From the human T2T-CHM13v2.0 reference genome, Homo sapiens, in assembly GCF_009914755.1 (NCBI RefSeq), contig NC_060937.1: a stretch of 64,000 nt of DNA. One strand, 5' to 3'. Of this stretch, positions 44,621-58,417 are shown in pieces. Under the pieces are notes generated by a model that ran no database searches, was not told where the DNA came from, and was given only the letters and a program-made list of their open reading frames with translations. The number at the start of each line of letters is the position of its first letter. Position 1 is the stretch's first letter. A program made the translations under genes and the position numbers.

Positions 44621-46939
44621 TTATCTATATTTATATTTATCTATATAAATCTAATATCAGGTACTGTAAAAATATGAGCTAAATCTCATGCTAAGGTAGT
44701 TAGTTTGTTTTCCTGTGAACAGCAACTAATCATCATGACAACTCCAAATCCTTTCAATGAAATTGGAAAGCTTTTTCTGTTGATCATCAAGATTATCTTC
44801 ATATGTAAACATAAATAACGTGTTAGATATGTGATTCACAGACAAAAAATGCAGTGAGATGAATATGGGCAATTCATTTTCACAGAAAATCTTATGTCTA
44901 CAGAATATCCTTCAAAAAGTTCCTTTTATATTATTCTTTACAACAGTTTGGAAGTGAAAACAGCTTCAACTATCAGAGATTGTAGAAGCTGCAAAAAAGT
45001 GCCCAAAACACTGGCTGGGAAGTTCACCAGCAGCATCTGCTTATAGACTCACTTGGCAGAAATAAGTAATGTACCAAACACTTGCATGCAATAACAGGAG
45101 AAGGAAAAAACCACAGGTTAAAAAACAACAGAAAAAGGCTCCATCAATATACTATACTATTTCTTAATCTGCGTGGTTGATACATAATCGTTCATTTCAT
45201 TATTCTTTATATTTTTATAACATAAAACTAGTACTTTATATGAATGAAACATTTCACAATAACTTTAAAATTTACAGGCATCAGCACAATCCCCACGTCT
45301 AACAACAAATCACAAATAATATTTGTGCTGCACAGTGTAAAACATTAAGAAGGACATATGAACGATTAAAGACTGAAAGAGCTATACTATTAGTTTATGC
45401 TGTTATTCATCTGCTATTGGTATGTAGATTCTTTCCTAGCGAAGTATCATTTAAGGCAAATATGGGAACAATATAGTGACACAAATGTCACAAAAAAAAC
45501 TTCATGAACTCTCCACTTAAAAATGTAGGAATTTAGAAGTCTTTGAATGTCAAATGAAAAATAAATCCACGTCTAGTTATTTTTATTTTTTCTAGCTAGT
45601 TCTTAAAATACAGAATTAATTTAACTTCAGAATACCTATGCAGCTGACAGTATTCCTGGTTTCTGGAATCCCCCAAGAGAAATGGATTTAGTAGACAAGT
45701 ATTGCAGCTGTTAGAAAAATCTTACAGACAGATCACTTAAATATGATATGGAACAATAGTTATAACAGTAAGTAAGCTTTATTCTAAATCCACTGCACTA
45801 AAGGTGCAAGAATTCTGTGAAACTTAACACTGGTTCTGCACTAGGATTGGTAAAGCAGATTTAAACAATCAGAGCTGACTCATACAAGTCATGAAATATT
45901 ACATGGTTATCATCCAATTAGAATTAAAACATTAAAACAATTCTTAAAACACTTCTTTTAATACGAATCTGTATTTAAGGTAAAATAGTAACTAGTTTTC
46001 TTCCAAATATCCTGGTAGAGCTAAAACTATTGTTATTATTTCTAAAAAGTATACTTTTAATGTGCAAGCTTTAAAAAATACTCATGGATTTAATTCTATC
46101 TTTTAAGCAGAGGAAATGAATGTGCTTGATGGGTGGGGGGCGCTGGACAGCCAGCTTGCTCTCTCCAGTATCATCAGTTTATTCTTTTATAGCTACAAGA
46201 ACCGTTTGGTGGGGATGTTGGCAAGGATCTTCAAACAATCCATCCTTTCATGGGTGAAGGTGCAAGGTAGACTACACAGTTACACTGTACGGACACAACC
46301 ATCCAGAGAATAAGTATTGTTTTCCCTCTTATCACTGAGATATCCCAAAATTTATGCTCCCCACTTCTCAATCTGTAATTTGGCTTCAATTTATGGCTTC
46401 CTTTTTGTCACATAACCTCACTACAAAGTAATTACCCAACAAGCCAGAGAAATTAAATTCTGAATCAAGAATGCTGACCTCTAAATACACTCACTCACTT
46501 GACAAATTGCAAATTTATTTTATTGCATTACATTCTATAATCAACTTCCTAAAAACTTTATCAAGTACCTTTTTCTTTACTACCTTGTCCTGCTGGTCTT
46601 GAGATTAGGCTACAAATATACTAAAACTAGATGTAAGGTTCTTCCTTTATAAATTGTTATTTACCACGATTGCCCTTATACACAACACATACATCAAAAT
46701 GCATATACAAAATACCTCAATGCTATGAAGGCTGCTCTGTTCCTGTAGCAACATACTGCACAGCTTCACCTACTTGGCTGAACTCAAAATGGTTAATTAT
46801 AAAAGAAACCAAGAAACAAACTAGAGTATACAGTTCTAGTCATATTCTCCTTGAATTTCACTGAAACAATTCAAATGCATCTACTATTATAAATCTTTTA
46901 TAAAACAGCTGTTGTATTAATATGAACAATTATTGATAG

Positions 46940-47226
<287 letters not shown>

Positions 47227-47896
47227 AGGATTTTAATCTTTAAGGCAATACTTTTTCATCTCCACATTCATTCTTACCTCTTCAGTTCAGCAATAGATAA
47301 TAATTTGATTTCTGGGTATAATGAAAAAATTCTTATCTCCAAAAAGTCTCAAATAATATCAAGAAACTTCTGCAGCCACAGAGAAACTTGGCTGAATACC
47401 AGAATTGCTCTTTGTGAACACAGACTCTCAGTTAACTGCAAGTCAGAGTACTCATAAATATGTCTCTTCACTCACATGCTAAAGCCACCCAGCAAGGTGG
47501 CTTTATGACATGGGTTTCAAAAAGACACACTGGTATCAAGAATGCTTCTTCCTATGAAGATGCTCTTCTTCCCTTGCTACACAACGTTACCACCATCAAA
47601 GACATGAATTGCTATTAAAAAAGATGATAATCTGTATATATTCCTAAACAAACACAGCTCTGAAAAAAGTATTCTCACAGTAAAACAAAGTCTTACATGT
47701 GGAACCTGTTTTCCTACTGGAAAAAGAAGCTTTCAATATTTCACAAAATTACAATTATAAAAATCATTTAAAAAATAATTTTAAAAAATTAGAATTATAA
47801 TTAGTTTGCACCAAACAAAACTCAACAGTTGTTCTTATGTGGTAAGAGTGCACACAGGTTTTCAATAAAAGCTATTATTTTAAAGGCTCATTTTAA

Positions 47897-48264
<368 letters not shown>

Positions 48265-48521
48265 TATACAGGTACTTTTCATGCAGTTAATCCACGTCAT
48301 AAAGCAGTAGAAGGAATTCATACCCTGACTTTACCAATAAGCTAACATGCTCCAAAAAAAAGTGAAGCAGCTTGCTTGAACTCTTGCTCTTCATGACTGC
48401 CTGGCCTGTAACTGTGCAGTCTCCCTCAAAAGTTCATCATCTTTTCATCCCATGTTAACTCCCAAACTCATATCTTTAATATGCCTCAATTTTTCAAATT
48501 TTACTTAAAAGATCATGTCTT

Positions 48522-48839
<318 letters not shown>

Positions 48840-50846
48840 TCAGGACAACTACGTATTATGTACTATTACTACAATTACTGGGTGCCCAAGAAAACAAAAG
48901 ATGAAATGGTTTCTGTCCCAGAGGTCCAATTTGGTTTGGCTGGATTTGTTCCTATATTTCTGGTATTAGCTGTATACTCCCCTGGTCCTCTACTCCCAGC
49001 ATACAGAAGATACAACGGAAACCGCTTGAGGTTGAGATGACATTTAGGAGGTTTACTCTTAAGAAAGTCACCAAGCCTGGGCCACCCCATTAGCCCTCAA
49101 CTTCACCACACATCCCCAACCTGGTTTCTACGACTAATGCAAAACTTTAAACAGATCTTTTCCCTCTGTCCTTTTCAATAGGTGACCAATTATTTTAAAA
49201 AATAATTTTTAAATATCATAAACAGCTCAATTAAAAATTAATTAAAAGAGTAAAATAAATGAAAAGAAATAATACTTTTCTTGAATGAAACCTGTTAGGT
49301 TCATCTTCACTAGAGCACGCCTGCTGTGAAATAAGCACAACACACATCTGCTTCTCTGCAAATGCATGCAGGCTTTCTATATTCCAACACTCCTATGTCA
49401 AATCTTGAAGGAAAAATTGTCAAGATGTCAGTGTCCTCAAATAAATTCTGCACTTAAAATTTGCAAACCAAGGATGCCATATATCTTCCAGCAATTCTTT
49501 AAAACGTTTAGGAACACGCTTAACTCACAAACAGAACTAAAAGGAGCTTAGTTTCTAAATATAGGATCAACATGCTCTTTAATCCACCTGGTTTAGAAGA
49601 GAAAATAAACCAAGGTGGAGAGGGAAAGTGCAAGGAATTCATGTTAAATAAAACCTGACTAGTTCAGAATCTGTGATCATTTGAAAGAGGTTTGAGTAAA
49701 CTGTAAATACTTAAAATGTTAAATACTTAAAATTACCCTGGATTTTTATGTTTAGAATGTAAAGTATCCCTCTGAAACATTCAACTGTACATATCATGCC
49801 TTTAAACTTCTATTTTTCTGTTACTACATTTTCTCTACCGTATAAACACTTGTCTGACCTGGTTCCTTTCCTCATCAAATCATGAAAGTGCCCGATTACA
49901 TAAACATAATCATTCTCGAGTTCTCTATTCTCTGAACACCTCTGAAGGGATACGAAAAAACTCACATACACGTTGGCAGAATCTAACCAACACAACTTAC
50001 AATTTAACATGAAATTCTAACAAAATATCTACATTCTTTTTCCTCTTACAGCCTTTCAGAAAGATTCACATTTTGACTCATAAAAAGAAAAATTAGTTTC
50101 AACAATTTAATCACTACTTTGTGGAATGAAATCAATTTTTTTCCATGATTAATACAGCTATTCAGAGTAACTGTTACAAAAGCAGCTGTGTCCTCAAGGG
50201 GTTTTAGTAGACGTCTAAATTTAAATATAAAATATGGAAAATACACATTTGGAAATTTGTACCAAAAAACATCTTCAGTATTGTTATTGGTCTTAATTTC
50301 AATGTAAATTAAATTCTACCAGGATACACTATTAAAGCATTATCATCCAAAAAATTAGAGAGCACAGTCTAACCAAAATAAGCAAGGTTTCAATGATTTG
50401 AACCAAATTATGTTTACATAATTGCCAAATAAGTCCAACGTAAAAAATTCTCAAAAAAAAAAAAAAATTACACGTAATTACACCACACCACAGCAACACC
50501 CTGTAAACAATGTTTTTGCTGTTAGAAAGAGCCTTCGACATAATTTTTACATGAAAAATTGTGTTGAACAAACCACAGCTCATTTCATTCCATCTCTTAT
50601 ATTTGGGTACTAAATTATCTCAAAATTAAATGCTTAAGACCAGTAAATATCACCAACTAAAGCTATTTTAATCCACAAATTTTTAAAGGTCATGTTTCCC
50701 AAATAATTTGCACATCTAAACAAAACAGTCACTTTAACAATAGCCAGCACTCACTTAAAATAATTACTTGTCATGAGAAATGTTCCAAAGGCACCGCAAA
50801 TTTCCTTGTGAAAACTGACACAATTTACTTTAGAATAGTCACTCAC

Positions 50847-51021
50847 CACTTCTTCCAATGCAGCACTTCGCCCAAAAGAACAAGTGAGGTGTGTGAGGCA
50901 GTTAACAAAGGAGGAGAAAAGTTCACTTGGAATGGCAGTTAAAACATTTCGTGGGAACACGGTTATCAGGTTGCTGATAATGCTGGAGATCCCCACAGCT
51001 TCAGAATCTTCTATTTCAATT
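50847..51021 (-). CDS. XPO4: XPO4 exon ~9, IEIEDSEAVGISSIISNL...RSAALEEV
   Basis: ttttAG acceptor and GTGAGT donor; 175 nt; overlaps ORF 50751..50996. Confidence 0.95.
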
Positions 51022-51274
51022 CTAAAACCAAGGAATGAGTATTATTAAGTGGCAGTAAAAGAAAAATTATTAATATAATAACTCATTTCCAAACAAGCAA
51101 ATATCGTTACTGATTCATTTTAAAAGGTATGTCTCTGTTTATTAATTTCAAATTACCCATATGACTTTACTTCAAAATATAAGGGGGAAAAAATAACTAG
51201 TTTCTTTTTTTCTTCTACTGTTAAACACAAAACGTAGAGCTCCTTTTTCAGCTGCAAAGGGCAAGTATACCTAC

Positions 51275-51432
51275 CCATTGATAGTATTCAGTAATCCCTC
51301 AATGAAGTGTGCTAGATAATCAACTTGTGATCCTTCATCTGGGAAGATGGGTCCATGAAGAGAAGCTAACTGGGCAAGGCACTGCAGAGAATCTTGTGCC
51401 ATATCTGAATCTTCTCTGATTTTTCGATGTAC
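51275..51432 (-). CDS. XPO4: XPO4 exon ~8, VHRKIREDSDMAQDSLQCLAQLASLHGPIFPDEGSQVDYLAHFIEGLLNTING
   Basis: ctaacAG acceptor and GTAGGT donor; 158 nt; in phase with neighbouring exons. Confidence 0.95.
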
Positions 51433-52629
51433 CTGTTAGAAAGAATTACTAATCCATAAATATAAATTCTTCCTTTGTAAGGGTCACGTGTCTACCATGC
51501 CGAATGAGGTAAGACAAAAATTCACTGTAGCTGGTTATTTCTAGAAAATTAATTCCTGAATTAAACTAAATTGAAAATTGTCCCTCAGTCCACTTTACAT
51601 TACAGGTCATTATTTTAAACATATCAATTGATTTTTAACTGAGGGCTACCTACATTTTGAAAATTGATCTGTCTCCAGCATGTTATGACAAAGAGAGAAA
51701 CAGATGCCAGCCAGTCAGACATACTGCTTCTTCTAAAAACAGCAACAATGACAGTCATCTGTATTATGCTAACTATGCCTAGCTACAGCTTCTTGCTAAA
51801 CTTAGCAGACAAGTTCAATAAAGAGTATATAGATGCTGCTTTAGTGGAAGTAAACAGTTGTGCACTTAGAAAAGCAATATACCATTGAATCCCTAGACAT
51901 TCATGCATTCATTCAACCAAAATATAATGAGCACGTTCTTTTATTAATTCTCAGTTTGCTTACAATTTGTATGAATCTCAGTTTAACCTACATCATTGCT
52001 ATTAATAAATGCTAAAAGATTTTGAATACCAAATGTAAATTATACTTAAATCCATTTAAAGCTAACCTATATTTTACTTCAGTGATACAATACGGACATG
52101 AAACACCTGGTAGAGTGTTTTGTATGAAGGGAATGCTCTTGAAATACTGCTCCCTAGTTTTATAGTATTAATATTCTCAGATGTTAAAGGTTTCATTTCC
52201 GTAATCTGACATATTAGAGCCAAGGAAAATTTAGTGAAGGAATATGATCATTATTAATCTTAATCCATCCAACACTTACTGTTGGATGTACCATTTTGTA
52301 CTTGCCGAAGTACTTAACTAGCCCTTTTCTTTCCCACACAAAGTTCTCTCTCTATTTTGTAAATGTTGTGTAACATCAAACTCATAGTTTTAGGCTATAT
52401 TCACTTTGACTAGGCAAATTGTTTCTAAATTACTTCAGGTCAGAACATTTAAGTACTCACTGGTATGCTGGGCCACAATGAACACTTAATAAATCCTTGT
52501 TCACTGAGTCCCTTAATCCTTAATCTCTGAACTTCTCAAGGTTCTAGTAATGAAATTTAAAACACTAAGTAATCTCTAAACATTACAAAGTTAGTTGATT
52601 TACTGACATGCTTAAAATATGCTATACTC

Positions 52630-53275
<646 letters not shown>

Positions 53276-53859
53276 AAAATACAAATATTTTTCAAACTAT
53301 ATTCCAATGTATTTTAAGTTTTATATAGTAAATTCCAAGTACAATAGACAAATTCATATATGCACACTGTCTAGTTCATAAACTTCTGAACACAACTCAC
53401 TCTTATAAGTTCTTTATCCGAAATCTGTAATTAAATTTTTGTCACGATGCCTTAGAATCTAATCAGCATTTAAGCATGATATCCAGGGATATATTCTGTC
53501 AACAGATAGAATGTAATCTGGGACAATAAGAATACATCTCACAATCTTGAATGTTCATTATGGTCTCGAAGCGAGCAATCAGAAGAAAGAATACCCTCAA
53601 TGAAATAGCTAATGAAATAACTAAAAATAAAGTTAAAATAAATAAATAACTGTCTTTCGAGACGGTGTGTGCTGTTCAAGCTTAATTTATGTTACCTGAA
53701 ATATAAACCACATAAAACTAATAATAAATGCTTAATTTTTATACAATATAAATTCTTGCCTTTCTTCCAATGTCATCATTACAAAAGAGTTCCTCCATAT
53801 CTGAACATGTATTTCAATATAAACTGTATCATAAAACGGAAAGCTGAATCACCACCTGA

Positions 53860-54340
53860 ATATGGGAAAGGGACAGAGGGATAAGGGAAAGCAAAGCCCA
53901 GCAGGACGCCCAGTGAGATGAATGGCAAGGATATGCATCAAGAAAAGGAAGACAAGGAAGGAGAAGCAAGTAAGGAAGATGACAAATTCTACTGGAACAT
54001 GTTAAATCTGAGATGTCTGTTGGCCATCCAAATTAAAACATCCAGTAAGCACTGGGATTATAAGGCTCTGAAACTCTGGAGCAGGCTGTGCTGAATATAG
54101 ATGTAGGAGTCATCTGGGAACCGGTGCCTGAAGTCCTACGTGTCAAAGAGAGAGCCACAGGAAAGTGTACAGAGTCAGCAAAGTTGAGAACTAAGATAGG
54201 AATGCCAATATTTATGTGATGAGCAAAGAAGGAAGAGACCATAAGCGAGATCAAGAAGACTCTGGTCAAAAAGGTAGGAAGAAAACACAATGAAAGTGGG
54301 TTTTTTTTCCAAGACCTTATAGAAGGAAAAAAAATCAAGA
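53860..54340. mobile_element. L2 fragment
   Basis: gaacatgttaaatctgagatgtctgttggccatccaa...atatagatgtaggagtcatc. Confidence 0.6.
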
Positions 54341-54734
54341 AGTTTGTAAACTTCTATAGGGCAGAATGCAACCCAAAGTATTCCAACATATTTAAAGTCT
54401 TATGATTAACATATTTAAAGTCTTGCTCTTATGCAACAGTATACTGATGCTTATCCAAATCTAGCACAAGTGATATCCAGTGGAAAAGTGCTTTAAAGTA
54501 GGCAATAAATTCATATAACTAAAACTAAATTTAACCAAAGTTAAATAAAAAGATTAGCCATTGTCATTTTTAAAACAAGTAACAAACTTGTTCATAAACT
54601 GCTTAAGTGAAAATAGCTACAAACACAAAAATTGTTCAAATAAAGCAAAAAAGGGTTAACTTTCAAATTCAAGTTATTTGCGTGTGGTTGTTCACAGCTG
54701 ACAGGAGCAGCTGTCTGGTTTGTCTAGACAGCTG

Positions 54735-54920
54735 TTCAGATCTGGTAGAGTTGTTTCCAGTACTGCCAGCAAGTTTTTCACCTTTTCAAAAACTGCTGGA
54801 GTGGAATCTACTTTCAGTCAAGTGCATAATACAAAGACTTGGACTTGGATTCGTATCAAAACAATTCCTGTCAGATGAGGCAGGCAACGGAATTTTAAAA
54901 TTTAGTTACAATTATCTCTT
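54735..54920 (+). mobile_element. Probable decayed hAT transposase C-terminal (dimerisation-domain) fragment
   Basis: Frameshifted translation FPVL/ASKFFTFSKTAGVESTFSQVHNTKTWTWIRI resembles the hATC motif. Confidence 0.5.
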
Positions 54921-55504
54921 TGATCTTGATAGTGGTTTTAGCCATCATTTCTCTGATTTTAAAAAGAAACCACAAGGTGATTTAATGCTCAGTCTGAATA
55001 TTTCTATAGAAAATATCCTTTATATATACCCATGGATAGATAACCTTGTTCTAGATATTTTAAAATACATACCACATAACTACTTTATTTTAAATGGTTC
55101 AATCAGAAAAAGGCAGTTGAAGGGCTCATCTATATTTTTACAACAAATGAAAAGAAACTAAAATTAACAATTGGGATTAAGCAAAATAGCTTTTTTACTT
55201 TTAATTGATTTTTACTTGGGCTTCTGTCCACGTCATTATATCTAATTAACTTGTATATTCCCCCTATAACTGCAAATTAGCATCCAACACATAAACACAC
55301 ACATACGAATTGTTTTTCCAGCTTTTGACCGTTTTATTGGGGATACACACTGGCCAATGTGGGAACATACTGCTTACATCTTGATATTTAGCCAATAATA
55401 AAGAGGACTGTCTAAAGTTATACATGAGATAAACTGCTATTCCATAATACCAACTTAACCAATGACTCATAAATATAATAAGTATAAAACCTACACTCTA
55501 GAAT

Positions 55505-56003
55505 AGCAGTTCTCAAACTATGGCCCAGGGATCCCTGAAGCTTTTTAAAAGCCTGTCAGGTTGCCTGTGAGGAAAAAAACTATTTGCATAATAATATGAA
55601 GACAGTATCTGCGTTTCCCATTCTCACTGTCACACAGGTAAAAAGTGGAATTTCCCCGAGGCCACACGATGTGCGATACTGCAACTAACTGAAGGCAGAA
55701 GCAGGTAAGATAATCTGACTGTCTTCTATTAAGTCTGATATTATAGATTTACAAAAATGCAAAACAATGCTATTCTTCTCATTAAACTTGCTTCGTTTTC
55801 AAAAATATAGTTAATTAAAATGTTACTTATGTTAATATGTAATCGTTTCTTACTGTTACTTTTTAGCACATTATTTTGTAAAGTTTTGTTTGAATTTTTA
55901 ACAGGACAAATATAACCTATATAAAGAAAAGCTCTTTGGAGTTCTCAATAAATTTTTAAGAGTATAGAGGGGTCCTGAAATTAAAAGTTTGAGAACTTCT
56001 GCT
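55505..56003. mobile_element. hAT-Charlie non-autonomous element
   Basis: Inverted termini cagttctcaaact ... agtttgagaacttctg. Confidence 0.7.
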
Positions 56004-56210
56004 GCAGGATATTAAGCCCTTCATAACCATGTGACATTTTTATAAATTAGCAAGAACCTTTTAAAATAATTTCTGTTTAAGCAGCCATACTGATGAGAAG
56101 ACAAGACTTTAGGGGAGAAAAGCAATCTGTTCTGTTTTACTTAAGAAACTCGCCAAGGCATTTCCTCTTTTCTATGGCTCTTGCTACCAGAGATGAAGAC
56201 TAAAACTTAC

Positions 56211-56323
56211 TGTGAAGAAAAGCTCCATAACTCTGCTGTCCAGAAGAGTCTCCCGCCAGGACTCTGTTGGCTTCAACAGCACATTTTGCGAGGATTCAAA
56301 CATAGCTATATAATGTCTGCCCA
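56211..56323 (-). CDS. XPO4: Exportin-4 coding exon (~exon 7), (L)GRHYIAMFESSQNVLLKPTESWRETLLDSRVMELFFT
   Basis: Translation matches the XPO4 protein as I recall it. GTAAGT donor after 56211. Acceptor is AC, preceded by a CCTTGAC U12-type branch point. 113 nt. Confidence 0.9.
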
Positions 56324-56340
56324 GTTATTTGGTGTCAAGG
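56324..56340 (-). other. XPO4: U12-type branch point and AC acceptor
   Basis: Minus strand reads CCTTGACaccaaataAC|TGGGCAGA; there is no polypyrimidine tract. Confidence 0.8.
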
Positions 56341-57053
56341 TCAACAACAATAACATTCTTACTTTGTCTAAAGTATAAGTATATCCTAAATATAACAGGA
56401 GCCATCTAGAAAGAATTTGTAATGGTAACAGTTTAAGCCTCTTCACATATGCTACATAATTCATCCATGAAGCTAAGGAATAGAAGGCATTAAGTGCCTG
56501 GGGAAAAAAAGAATGTTACAGGAATGTAAGGTAATGCTTTCATTGTAATTATGTGTCATGCTGTAGGCATACAGAAACTTTGAGAACCAGAGAATTTAAT
56601 GGTGGCAACAGAAGGAAATACACTTACTGCAAAGCATATGCCAAAATTCATGTAAAAAGAATCAATTTCTGCAAGTTTATCCCATCATTTCCCCCAATAT
56701 CTTGCAACAATTAACACCACATATACAAAATGTGAGTTTCATATAGTCTACTTGGAAAAATAGCATTTTTCCAGAAGAAATATATTCACTGGAAAAGCAA
56801 AAGAACAAAAAGAGTAAACACATATAATATTAAAGAAAAAAAACTCCCACAGGTCACAGTATCTAAATATCAAGACAAAGAAATAATCTATTGACAAAAA
56901 ACTTTATAGATGCTTATTTAAAATTCCCACAGACTAAAAAGCAATTTATATGGTGTTCAGGCATTCAATTTCAAACATGCTTCAAACAGAATACTGTTTT
57001 ACCATAAACAAAGTAACCATCATATATTTGTAGGTTTTTATGAATACGATTCA

Positions 57054-57470
<417 letters not shown>

Positions 57471-58219
57471 TCACATCACTCAATGAGAAATCTTAATGAT
57501 AATCACCCAGAGCTATCGTCTGAAAAAAGTAGATAGAAATTCAAATACTATATTTTGAGTAAAGTCTAAATCGTTATTTTTACAGAAAAATTATTATTCA
57601 CAGGGAAAATTAAAGGCTGTAATAATGCTCTGGAAACTTTTTTTTAAGATAATTGCTTAACCCCTTTTAAAATAGCTAATATTATTCTGTCTCTGAAGAG
57701 CAAGGAGGGGCACTATGAGTTGTTTCAAGGAGAAAAATCACTGCTTGTTTCTGAAAAGTCACCCCCAAAATCTTCTGCAACTCTATTCGACTGATTAACA
57801 AAAGTGAAACTCAAATCTGGTTCATTTAAACTTCCCTTCTCTCTTCCTTTATCTGCCCCCTTGTGGAGGTACAGGGAAAGAGGTGAAGGCCAAAAAAGCC
57901 AAAAGAAAGAAGCCCGAATTTAAAAAGGGGGAAAAAATCAGCCCGTGAACCCTAAGAGCTAACAATATAGAGTGAGTTCATTTTCTTAAGAGGCACCGAT
58001 CATGGTCTAAGGTCAATGTTGTGTTCTTCACCCAATACTACAATATACTGATTTATCTGACACCTAGGATTTGCTTCAAAATATTCTGGGGATGGCAGAG
58101 CACAGATGAAACAAGACTGGCTGTTTAAAGCTGGGTATTCTCTCCACTATTGTGTATCTTTGAAATTTTCCACAATAACGGGATGCCAAAGGCTATAGTA
58201 TATGAAATAAATGTTCTGA

Positions 58220-58417
<198 letters not shown>

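Noticed and set aside
46130-46150. Possible CTCF site GGGGGGCGCTG
   Set aside because: The 5' CCAC/CCAG half of the motif is missing.
52266-52290. 9-bp hairpin catccaaca/tgttggatg
   Set aside because: It is isolated, and such stems are expected by chance in 64 kb.
54607-55161. 184-aa ORF as a functional gene
   Set aside because: It has a GTG start and AT-rich, low-information ends. The only protein-like part needs frameshifts, so a transposon fossil is more likely.
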